DNA of 59,579 bases from Acidobacteriota bacterium. Its GTDB lineage: Bacteria > Acidobacteriota > Vicinamibacteria > Vicinamibacterales > 2-12-FULL-66-21. Below, in pieces: positions 10,072 through 18,070 of this stretch. Both the position numbers and the translations under genes were made by a program. Under the pieces are notes generated by a model. That model saw only the letters and a list, made by a program, of their open reading frames with translations. It made no database searches and was not told the origin of the DNA. Each line of letters begins with the position of its first letter. The stretch's first letter is position 1. The stretch lies in the NCBI GenBank assembly GCA_039648985.1, contig JBBWZJ010000297.1, positions 1 to 59,579 of the forward strand, in the 5' to 3' direction.

Positions 10072-11628
10072 TTAGTGAGCCGCGACGGCTGCTCGGCCGC
10101 GTGGCCGTCGCATCAGCAGCACGAGCGGGAGGAGGAGCAGGAAGATGATGCCCAGCAGCCGGAACAGATGAACGAAGGACACCATCGAGGCCTGCCGCTG
10201 GACCGCGCCGAACACGGCCGCGTACGCGCGCTGACTGGCGGTCACCGGGTCCGACCCTGACGCCATGAAGCCCTGCCGAAGCGATTCGATCCATGACTGT
10301 GACGACGAGGAGTATGCGGTCACGTTGGACCCCATGATGTTGATGTACTCCTGCTGCTTGCGCGCGAGGAGGGTTCCTGTGACGGCAATGCCGATGCTCC
10401 CGCCCAGATTGCGCATCAGGTTGAAGAGGCTCGTCGCATTGCCCATGCGCTCGCGCGGAATCGGATCCATGCTGATCGTCGTCAGTGGCACGAACAGCGC
10501 CGACAGCCCGAGCCCCTGGAAGAACTGCGGCCAGAAGATGTCCCAATAGCCGGCGTTCAGATTCAGCTGTCCCAGCCAGAACAAGGTCCCGGCTCCGACG
10601 ATCAGTCCGGCCGCGACCATCTTCCGCGGATCGAAGCGGCCGATGAGCAGCCCGATCATCGGCATGCCGATGAGGGAGCCCATGCCGCGCGGCGCCATCG
10701 CGATGCCGGCCTGGAGCGACGGATATCCGAGCAGCGTCTGCAGCATGATCGGCAGGAGGACGAGGCTGCCGTACAGGACGAACCCGAGCGTCGTCATCAG
10801 AAACACGCCTGTGCTGTAGCTCCGGATCTTGAATACCCGAAGATCCACGACAGGTTCTGCCGCGACCAGCTCGCGGACCAGGAATGCCACGAGCCCGCCG
10901 GCCGACATGAAGACCAGCGTCGCGATGAGCGTGGACGAGAACCAGTCGCGCTCCTGCCCGAGGTCGAGCGCGAGCTGCAGCGTGCCGATCCAGAGCGCGA
11001 GCAGCCCGATGCCCCAGTAGTCGATGCGCTGCGTTTCGCGCCGCAGGTAAGGCGGATCGAACACATAGAGCTTCGTCATCAGCAGCGAGATCAGCCCGAC
11101 GGGCAGGTTGATGTAGAAGACCCACCGCCAGCTGTACGTGTCGGTGAGCCACCCGCCGATCACCGGGCCGATAATCGGCGCCACGACAATGCCAAGGCCC
11201 CAGAAGCCCATGGCCTTGCCTCGTTCGTGCGGCGGGAAGGCCTCGAGAAGGACCGCCTGCGAAAGCGGCTGCATCGCGCCACCGGTGGCGCCCTGGAGCA
11301 AGCGGAAGGCGACGAGAAATGGCAGCGTCGGCGCAATGCCGCAGAGGAGCGACGAGATCGTGAAGCCGGCAACCGACGTCATGAGCAGGCGCTTGCGTCC
11401 GAAGAACGTCGCGAGCCACCCGGTCAGCGGCAGGACGATGGCGTTCGCGACGAGGTAGGACGTCAGCACCCACGTCGATTCGTCAATCGTGGCGGACAGG
11501 TTGCCGGCGATATGCGGCAGCGAGACGTTGACGACCGTCGTGTCCAGCACCTCCATGAAGGTGGCGAACATGACTGCGATCGCCACGATCCACGGGTTGA
11601 CCGCCCGGTGCTCGGCCGCGGGAGTCAT
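10072..11628 (-). CDS. emrB: MFS DHA2-family drug efflux transporter (EmrB/QacA type, 14-TMS class)
   Basis: The N-terminus is NPWIVAIAVMFATFMEVLDTTVVNVSLPHIAGNLSATIDESTWVLTSYLVANAIVLPLTGWL...FGRKR, typical of EmrB. It overlaps the emrA stop by 4 nt. Confidence 0.9.
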   Translation of the reverse strand: MTPAAEHRAVNPWIVAIAVMFATFMEVLDTTVVNVSLPHIAGNLSATIDESTWVLTSYLVANAIVLPLTGWLATFFGRKRLLMTSVAGFTISSLLCGIAPTLPFLVAFRLLQGATGGAMQPLSQAVLLEAFPPHERGKAMGFWGLGIVVAPIIGPVIGGWLTDTYSWRWVFYINLPVGLISLLMTKLYVFDPPYLRRETQRIDYWGIGLLALWIGTLQLALDLGQERDWFSSTLIATLVFMSAGGLVAFLVRELVAAEPVVDLRVFKIRSYSTGVFLMTTLGFVLYGSLVLLPIMLQTLLGYPSLQAGIAMAPRGMGSLIGMPMIGLLIGRFDPRKMVAAGLIVGAGTLFWLGQLNLNAGYWDIFWPQFFQGLGLSALFVPLTTISMDPIPRERMGNATSLFNLMRNLGGSIGIAVTGTLLARKQQEYINIMGSNVTAYSSSSQSWIESLRQGFMASGSDPVTASQRAYAAVFGAVQRQASMVSFVHLFRLLGIIFLLLLPLVLLMRRPRGRAAVAAH

Positions 11629-12887
11629 TTGGACGTGTAGACGGTGGGAGCCACGGACATGCCGGGCCGCAGCCGGTGTTCGGGATCCTGCCCAGGCTCG
11701 AAGACGATCTTCACCGGGACGCGCTGGACCACTTTGACGTAGTTGCCGGTGGCGTTCTCGGGCGGCAGGAGGCTGAACCGCGCACCCGTCGCGGCGGCGA
11801 TGCTGTCGACGTGTCCGGTGAAATCACCACCCACGGCGTCCACGGAGATCGACGCGCGCTGGCCGGCGCGCATGTCCTTCAGCTGCGTCTCCTTGAAGTT
11901 CGCGGTCACCCAGAGGTCGCTCTGCGACACAAGCGCGAGCAGCGGCTGGCCCGGCTGGACCACCTGTCCCGGCTCGACCGTCTTCCGGCTGATGACGCCG
12001 GCGTCCGGCGCGGTCACCCGGGTCCGCTGGAGGTTCAGCTCCGCCTGCGCAAGCGCGGACGTCGCCTGCTGGACACGTGCCTGGGCCATCGCGGCGCGCG
12101 CGCGCGTGACCTGCAGTTGCTGGGGGGCCGACTTCGTCGCCTGCACGGCGGCCTGCGCCTGCTGCGCCGTGCCGCGCGACTGCACCGCGCGCTGCTCGGC
12201 CACCGCGATCGCCGATTCGGCGGCCGCGACTTCGGAACGCGCCGCATCGGCGGCGGCGCGCGCCGATTCTGCCGCGGCCACGGCGGCGTCGTATTGCTGC
12301 TGCGGCACTTCTTCCTTGGCCACGAGCCCCTTCAGCCGCTCGACGTCGCGGGCGGTCTTCGTCGCCGTGGCTTCCCGGTCGCGCTGGCGGGCCTGTGCGG
12401 CCACGAGCTGCGCGCGGGCCGACTCGATCTGCCGCTCGGCGACTCCTACACCTGCCTCCGCTTCGGCAAGGCCGCCCGTCGCGCTCCGCGTGCCGGTTGC
12501 CGTCGAGACCTCGGTGATCGGGATGCCGCTCGTCGCCGCGATGGCGTTCGCCTGAGCGTCGGCGAGCTCGGCTTTCGCGCGCTCGACAGCGACCTGGTAG
12601 TCCCCGGGATCGAGCTCCACCAGGACGGCCCCCGCCGCCACCACCTGGTTGTCGGTCACATTCACTTTCACGACCGTGCCGCCCACGCGGGCGGACACCT
12701 GCGTGATGTGCCCGTCAATCTGCGCATCGTCGGTCGACTGCTTGCCTGACGACCGCCAGACGAAGAACACGATGGCGGCGAGAAGGACAACGGCCACGAC
12801 CGCCAGCATCGGCCCACGGCCGCCCAGCCGTCCGTTGTTCGGCGCTTCGGCGGCCGGCTTGTCTTCGATCTGCGCTGCTGGGCTCAT
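11625..12887 (-). CDS. emrA: HlyD-family membrane fusion protein (EmrA type)
   Basis: The start is ATG 12887 (MSPAAQIEDK...), which fits the frame arithmetic. It has a single TM (MLAVVAVVLLAAIVFFVW), then TDDAQIDGHITQVSARVGGTVVKVNV, a long coiled coil, and YVKVVQRVPVKI. The 917-aa ORF in the track is a run-on into the tolC antisense frame. Confidence 0.9.
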   Translation of the reverse strand: MSPAAQIEDKPAAEAPNNGRLGGRGPMLAVVAVVLLAAIVFFVWRSSGKQSTDDAQIDGHITQVSARVGGTVVKVNVTDNQVVAAGAVLVELDPGDYQVAVERAKAELADAQANAIAATSGIPITEVSTATGTRSATGGLAEAEAGVGVAERQIESARAQLVAAQARQRDREATATKTARDVERLKGLVAKEEVPQQQYDAAVAAAESARAAADAARSEVAAAESAIAVAEQRAVQSRGTAQQAQAAVQATKSAPQQLQVTRARAAMAQARVQQATSALAQAELNLQRTRVTAPDAGVISRKTVEPGQVVQPGQPLLALVSQSDLWVTANFKETQLKDMRAGQRASISVDAVGGDFTGHVDSIAAATGARFSLLPPENATGNYVKVVQRVPVKIVFEPGQDPEHRLRPGMSVAPTVYTSK

Positions 12888-14290
12888 TACTGGGATCCTC
12901 CGAGAAACGCTGTCACTGCTGATTCCGCTGTTCCGACCGCCTGGGCGAGCATGGCCTTGGCCACGTTGTTGGCGTACAGCGCCGTGATGTAGTTCTCCGA
13001 CGCCGAGGCGACAGCCTCCTGCGCCTGCGTCACCTCTATGTTGCCGGCGACCCCCGCGGCGAACCTGTCGCGTGCCTGCACCAGCTCCTGGCCGGCGAGT
13101 GTCGTGGTTGTTTGCGCGGCTTCGAGCTGCTGCGCGGAAGCCGTCAGGTCGAGCAGCGCGCTTCGGACGTCGTACTCCACCCGGCCCTTGAAGTCCTCGA
13201 GCTCGGCCTGCCTGCGCTGCAGCTCCGCGCTCGCCTGCAGCCGTCGGGCCGTGCCGCGGCCCCCTTCGAAGATCGGGACGCGGACCGTCGCCGCCATGCG
13301 ATACGTCTGGTGAGCGGTCGACGGGGTCTGCCCGATTGCGCCGTAATCCGCATCCAGGTGCAGCGTGGGAAAGAGCAGGCCGCTCGCCGCCCGCGACGAG
13401 GCTTCGGCGGCGGCCACGCGCTCGCGGGCCGCGAGGTAATCGGGCCGGGATGCGAAGGCCGTCTTCAGCGCGGATTCCAGCGTGACGTCGGGAATCGGGG
13501 CCGACGGGATCTTGTCGGCGAGCGTGAACGCCTGTCCGGAGGGCAGGCCGATGGCGCGCGCCAGCTGCAGCTTGGATCGCGCGAACTCGTTCTCGGCACG
13601 GATGGCGCGCTGCCGCTGGTTCTGCACCTGGACCTGCGCGCGCAGAACGTCGATGCCCGCCACCAGGCCCGAGCCCTTCATGTCCGACGCCTGGGTGAAC
13701 AGCGCTCGAGCCGTTTCCTCCTGCGCGTGCACGGCCTCGATGCGGCTCGCGCCCGCGACAGCCTGGAGGTACAAATTGACAGCCACGAGGGTGACGAGGT
13801 CCCGCGCGGTCTTGACGCCGAGCGCCTCCGCGCGCTCGGTGGCGGACGCGGCGCGCGCCGTGTTGATGGCGCCGAGGTCGAGCACCGGCTGCGACAGGTA
13901 CACCCGTGCGTCGAACACGTTGAAGGGGCCGATGATTTTCGGTTCTCCCGGAAAGCCGTAGGCTTCGAGATTGATCACCTGGCGGCTGGCGGCGCCGCCG
14001 CCGGACACGCTCGGCAGCAGGTCCGCGAGTGCGCGCCAGCGCGCGCCGTGCGCGGCCCTGACCGCCTGTTCCTGGAGCAGCAGCCCCAGGTTGTACTGGA
14101 GCGCGCGGTTGACTGTGTCCTTGAGCGTGAGCGGAATCTCGCCGGGAGTGGCGGTGCCGTGCGGCACGCTGCCGGCGAACGGGCTCTGAGCCGCCGCGCG
14201 CCCGCCCGGAGAGTCCGCCATCTGTGCCTGCGCGGCCGTCGCCGTGGACCACGCCGCGAGGAGCACGCATCCCAACTGCAGTCGGTTCAT
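12887..14290 (-). CDS. TolC-family outer membrane efflux protein
   Basis: The start is M199 of track ORF 12887..14884 (MNRLQLGCVLLAAWSTATAAQA, a signal peptide), preceded by AAGGGAAAG. Duplicated OEP repeats are present (LTLKDTVNRALQYNLGLL..., LESALKTAFASRPDYLAA...). It has an ATGA overlap with the tetR stop and a TAATG junction with emrA. Confidence 0.88.
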   Translation of the reverse strand: MNRLQLGCVLLAAWSTATAAQAQMADSPGGRAAAQSPFAGSVPHGTATPGEIPLTLKDTVNRALQYNLGLLLQEQAVRAAHGARWRALADLLPSVSGGGAASRQVINLEAYGFPGEPKIIGPFNVFDARVYLSQPVLDLGAINTARAASATERAEALGVKTARDLVTLVAVNLYLQAVAGASRIEAVHAQEETARALFTQASDMKGSGLVAGIDVLRAQVQVQNQRQRAIRAENEFARSKLQLARAIGLPSGQAFTLADKIPSAPIPDVTLESALKTAFASRPDYLAARERVAAAEASSRAASGLLFPTLHLDADYGAIGQTPSTAHQTYRMAATVRVPIFEGGRGTARRLQASAELQRRQAELEDFKGRVEYDVRSALLDLTASAQQLEAAQTTTTLAGQELVQARDRFAAGVAGNIEVTQAQEAVASASENYITALYANNVAKAMLAQAVGTAESAVTAFLGGSQ

Positions 14291-14970
14291 TTCTTTCCCT
14301 TGTTCCTGTGCGCCGGGCCCTTCCGGCCCCTCGGCCGCGGGCCTGCGTCGCCTGCCGTCGCCGGGCGATTGAGGCCACGCCAGATCAAATCCGCGAGAAA
14401 GCCGGCCTCCTCCGTGACATCCGGGTGGCCATGCGCGGTTAGACGCCTGGCGAGCAGGCCTCGTGTCAGATCGAAGATCGCGAGGGCCGTGGCCGCAGAA
14501 TCCACACGCCGTATCACGCGCCGGGCCACCGCGCGCGCGACCGCCTGCTCGAGGCGGCGCGTCTGGTGCTCGAGCATGGACTGGACGTCGGTGCCGCGGC
14601 CGGCTTTCATGATCTGCGCGGCTACCGCGCCGACGTACATGCGGAAGAAATCGGGATGCTCGGCAAAGTACTCGGCCCGCGTGGCGATGAAGGAGACGAT
14701 CACGTCCCGCAGCGACGCCATCTCGTCCATGCGCAGACGGGTGCGCTCGTCGAGCTCCAGGATGCCGCTGCGCAGGGCTGCGTCGTACATCGCCTGCTTG
14801 GACTTGTAGTAGAGATAGATCGTCCCTTTGGCGACCTCTGCCTCCCGCGCAATCCGGTCCATCGTCGCGCGTTCGAACCCGCATTCTCCGAATACGCGGA
14901 TCGCCGCCGGCAGAAACACCGACTGGCGGTACGCGGTAAGTACGGCTTCTTTACTGGGCAGGGGGCGCAT
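14287..14970 (-). CDS. TetR/AcrR-family transcriptional regulator
   Basis: The N-terminal HTH is AAIRVFGECGFERATMDRIAREAEVAKGTIYLYYKSKQAMY. It is the first gene of the efflux operon. Confidence 0.9.
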   Translation of the reverse strand: MRPLPSKEAVLTAYRQSVFLPAAIRVFGECGFERATMDRIAREAEVAKGTIYLYYKSKQAMYDAALRSGILELDERTRLRMDEMASLRDVIVSFIATRAEYFAEHPDFFRMYVGAVAAQIMKAGRGTDVQSMLEHQTRRLEQAVARAVARRVIRRVDSAATALAIFDLTRGLLARRLTAHGHPDVTEEAGFLADLIWRGLNRPATAGDAGPRPRGRKGPAHRNKGKK

Positions 14971-15030
14971 GGCGGCTCGGGTGCCGTGATCGCATGCAGC
15001 ACCTGTGCCGAATGGACCACCACGTTCAAT

Positions 15031-15052
15031 AAAATGACCGTCTGGTCATTTT
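15031..15052. promoter_or_regulatory. perfect inverted repeat AAAATGACC-GTCT-GGTCATTTT, candidate TetR operator
   Basis: The arms are 9 bp with a 4-bp spacer, 61 bp upstream of the tetR start (14970), in an AT-richer stretch of the tetR/small-ORF divergent region. Confidence 0.6.
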
Positions 15053-15154
15053 ACCCGGTCCCGGTGGCCCGCTGCAAAAGGCAGCCGTCGTGGAAGCAAA
15101 ACAGGGTACAGTTAATGGTTGGGCGAGCGGTTCTGACTCGTCACAGGAGGCGGA

Positions 15155-15292
15155 ATGTCGGCAAAGAACGGGGACAAGTCGCGGCACCAGATCAACAGGA
15201 AGCGCGTGGTGCTGCGCCGGGCGAAAATCCGTGAGCTGGTGAAGGCAGCGAAGGAAAGCGCCGCAGCGGCGCCCAAGGCCGAAGCGAAATAG
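15155..15292 (+). CDS. candidate 45-aa basic small protein (below the ORF-track cutoff)
   Basis: AGGAGG (15145-15150) lies 4 nt before ATG 15155. The translation is MSAKNGDKSRHQINRKRVVLRRAKIRELVKAAKESAAAAPKAEAK, ending at TAG 15290-15292, with mostly G/C third positions. I recognise no family. Confidence 0.5.
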   Translation: MSAKNGDKSRHQINRKRVVLRRAKIRELVKAAKESAAAAPKAEAK

Positions 15293-15334
15293 GACGACCT
15301 GAACCGCCGCTCCAGCAATGGCCGCCTGTGGCGG

Positions 15335-16981
15335 TCAGGCGTGGATGCCGGGGGCTTCGTGCCCCGTGCGCGCCACGTATTCCACGTACGACCCCAGGTA
15401 GGCATGCGGCTCCACGTCGGTGCCGCTTTCGCCGCCGAGCTCCAGCACACGGTTGCTCAGCCCGCGCAGGAACGTGCGATCGTGCGACACGAAGAGCATC
15501 GTGCCTTCGTAGTCCGCCAGCGCGTGGATCAGCATCTCCTTCGTCGCGAGATCCAGGTGGTTGGTCGGCTCGTCGAGCACGAGGAAGTTCGGCGGATCGA
15601 GCAGCATCCGGGCCATGACGAGCCGGGTCTTTTCCCCGCCCGAGAGCGCACGGATCCGCTTCTCCGTGTCGTCGCCGGAGAACTGGAACGCCCCCAGCAG
15701 GTTGCGGAGCGCGCCGGTCGTTTCCTTCGGGAAGTCCTTCTCCATCTGTTCCCAGACCGTGAGGTCCGGATCGAGCACGTCGAGCGCCTGCTGCGCGAAG
15801 TACCCCATCTTGAGGCTCGCCCCGAGCCGGATCTCGCCCGCATCCGGCGCGAGCGCGCCCGCCACCATCTTGAGGAGCGTCGTCTTGCCGGCGCCGTTGC
15901 GCCCCATCACGCACCAGCGCTCCCCCCGCCGGATCGTCAGTGAGAGCCCGTCGTAAACGACCCGCTTGCCGTACGCCTTGTGGAGGTCCTGGATCACGGC
16001 GACCTGATCGCCGGATCTCGGCGGCTGCCGGAAATCGAACGCCACGACCCGCCGCTTCCTCGGCGGTTCGACCTTCTCGATTTTCTCGAGCGCCTTGACG
16101 CGGCTCTGGACCTGCGCGGCCTTGGCCGCGTGCGCGGCGAAGCGATCGATGAACCGCTGCTCCTTCGCGAGCATCGCCTGCTGCCGGGCGTACGCGGCCT
16201 CGCGGTTCGTCTCGCGTATCGCGCGCTCCCGTTCGTAGAAGTCGTAGTTCCCCGAGTACGTGGTGATCTCGCCGTCGTCGATCTCGGCGATGCGCGTGAC
16301 GATGCGGTTCATGAACTCGCGGTCGTGCGACGTCATGAGCAGCGCGCCGGGGAGCGACTTGAGGAATGCCTCGAGCCAGATGATCGACTCGAGATCGAGA
16401 TGGTTCGTCGGCTCGTCCATCAGCAGGACGTCCGGCCGCCCGAGCAGCACGCGCGCCATGGCGACACGCATCTTCCAGCCGCCAGACAGGGCGCCCACAT
16501 CCCCGTCGATCCGCTCGTCGTCGAACCCGAGGCCAAGGAGCACTTCGCGGGCCTGGCTCTCGAGCGCGTAGCCGCCGAGATGTTCGTACTCCTCCTGGAC
16601 CTCGCCGAAGCGCGCGAGAATGGTGTCCATCTCATGGGCGCGCCCAGGGTCGGCCATGGCGGCATTCAGCGCTTCGAGCTCGTGATGCAGATCGCCCACC
16701 CGCCCGCTGCCGGCGATTGCTTCGTCCAGCACGGACCGCCCCGACATCTCCTCGACGTCCTGGCGGAGATAGCCAATCGTGAGCTTTTTCGGGACCGACA
16801 CGTCCCCTTCGTCCGCGGTCTCCTCGCCCACGATCATGCGGAAGAGCGTCGTCTTGCCCGCGCCGTTCGGCCCGACGAGGCCGACCTTCTCGCCCGGATT
16901 CAACTGGAAGGATGCGTCGACGAACAGCACCTGCCGTCCGTACTGCTTGCTGATGCGCGAAAAAGAGATCATGGGAAACAT
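15335..16981 (-). CDS. ABC-F family ATPase (two ABC domains, no TMD)
   Basis: There are two Walker A sites (GPNGAGKTT, GRNGAGKTT), two signatures (LSGGWKMR, LSGGEKTR) and two Walker B sites (LLMDEPTNHLD, LVLDEPTNHLD) with an inter-domain linker. The start is ATG 16981 or 16972. The ORF-track start at 17086 adds an Arg-rich extension. Confidence 0.9.
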   Translation of the reverse strand: MFPMISFSRISKQYGRQVLFVDASFQLNPGEKVGLVGPNGAGKTTLFRMIVGEETADEGDVSVPKKLTIGYLRQDVEEMSGRSVLDEAIAGSGRVGDLHHELEALNAAMADPGRAHEMDTILARFGEVQEEYEHLGGYALESQAREVLLGLGFDDERIDGDVGALSGGWKMRVAMARVLLGRPDVLLMDEPTNHLDLESIIWLEAFLKSLPGALLMTSHDREFMNRIVTRIAEIDDGEITTYSGNYDFYERERAIRETNREAAYARQQAMLAKEQRFIDRFAAHAAKAAQVQSRVKALEKIEKVEPPRKRRVVAFDFRQPPRSGDQVAVIQDLHKAYGKRVVYDGLSLTIRRGERWCVMGRNGAGKTTLLKMVAGALAPDAGEIRLGASLKMGYFAQQALDVLDPDLTVWEQMEKDFPKETTGALRNLLGAFQFSGDDTEKRIRALSGGEKTRLVMARMLLDPPNFLVLDEPTNHLDLATKEMLIHALADYEGTMLFVSHDRTFLRGLSNRVLELGGESGTDVEPHAYLGSYVEYVARTGHEAPGIHA

Positions 16982-17016
16982 CAAGCGTAGCACGCGCGCC
17001 GCGCTAGACTGGACCG

Positions 17017-17544
17017 ATGTCGCTGTGGCAATGGCTCGGTCTCGGCCGCGAGACCCGCGCCCCGGAGTTCGACAGCCTCGAGACAATCGAGAGCGCCCTC
17101 GAGGGCCTCGAGCGGTCGCGTCGCCGTTACGTCGCCTGCTTCGCGTACATCCTGGCCCGCAGCGCGCGAGCCGATCAGGAGATCACGGACGACGAATCCC
17201 GGACCATGGAGCGGCTCGTTCGCGAGCACACCGGCATTTCCGCGGACCAGGCCGCGGAGGCCGTACGGCTGGCGAGCATCCAGGGACGGCGTTCCGGAGG
17301 CACGGATGATTTCGTCATCACCCGCAAGTTCGACAGCATCGCCACGCACGCGGAAAAGCTTGCGCTCGTGGATGCGCTCTTTGCGGTGACGGCCGTCGAC
17401 GCCTCCATCGTGACCATCGAAGACAACGAGATCCGGCGCATCGCGAACGAGCTCAAGATCGAGCACGCCGAGTACATTGCCGTCCGCGCGAGGCACCTCG
17501 CCCACCTGGCGGTGCTCCGCGAACAGAAATCGCCCGCCCGCTAG
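17017..17544 (+). CDS. TerB-like (tellurite-resistance TerB / DjlA N-domain fold) protein
   Basis: The two-helix-bundle repeat pattern is ARSARADQEITDDESRTMERLV... and LFAVTAVDASIVTIEDNEIRRIANELKIEHAEYI, typical of TerB-family proteins. Confidence 0.65.
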   Translation: MSLWQWLGLGRETRAPEFDSLETIESALEGLERSRRRYVACFAYILARSARADQEITDDESRTMERLVREHTGISADQAAEAVRLASIQGRRSGGTDDFVITRKFDSIATHAEKLALVDALFAVTAVDASIVTIEDNEIRRIANELKIEHAEYIAVRARHLAHLAVLREQKSPAR

Positions 17545-17633
17545 CCCGCCCTCCGCTCTCGCACGCCTGCACGCCGCCGTGCGATCCCCTGCAACAGTTG
17601 AGCTTCGTGTATGATGCTTCGCCCACGCAGGGC

Positions 17634-17745
17634 GCGCGAAGCGCGAAGCGCGAAGCGGGAAGCTGGTAGCTGGAAGCGGGTAGCTGGAAGCTGGAAGCCG
17701 GAAGCGGGAAGCTGATAGCTGTGAGCTGAAAGCTGTCAGCTGCGA
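17634..17745. repeat. heptanucleotide tandem array, 16 units (GCGCGAA to GCKGGAA to GCTGNNA)
   Basis: Read directly: (GCGCGAA)x3, GCGGGAA, GCTGGTA, GCTGGAA, GCGGGTA, (GCTGGAA)x2, GCCGGAA, GCGGGAA, GCTGATA, GCTGTGA, GCTGAAA, GCTGTCA, GCTGCGA. The array ends 15 nt before the yjcH GTG. Confidence 0.95.
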
Positions 17746-17760
17746 CCGCGGAGTACTGAT

Positions 17761-18066
17761 GTGAAAACAAGCGTGCGCGAAGTGCTGGATTCGGCGGAGT
17801 TCCGCGGCCTCGTCGCGAGGCGCTGGCGCGTATCTATCGTGCTCAGCGGCCTCCTGTTCGCGCTCTACTACGGCTACATCATCCTCATCGCCGTCAACCC
17901 GCAGCTGCTCTCACGGCGTCTGGGTGGCGCGACAACGCTCGGCATCGTCATGGCCGCCGCGGTGATTGCCGGCGCCTGGGTGCTGACTGCAGCCTACGTC
18001 GTCTGGGCGAACCGCCACTACGATCCGAGCGTGGCGACGCTCCGCCGCCGCCTGCGGGAGGACTGA
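17761..18066 (+). CDS. yjcH: DUF485 inner-membrane protein (YjcH family)
   Basis: It is 101 aa with two TM helices, lies immediately upstream of actP (4-nt gap), and has the conserved FALYYGYIILIA-type segment. Confidence 0.8.
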   Translation: MKTSVREVLDSAEFRGLVARRWRVSIVLSGLLFALYYGYIILIAVNPQLLSRRLGGATTLGIVMAAAVIAGAWVLTAAYVVWANRHYDPSVATLRRRLRED

Positions 18067-18070
18067 AGGC

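Noticed and set aside
11625-14378. A 917-aa ORF that looks like one giant gene.
   Set aside because: Only the C-terminal 420 aa (from ATG 12887) are EmrA-like. The N-terminal ~500 aa are Arg/Gly/Pro-rich and overlap the real TolC-family gene in another frame.
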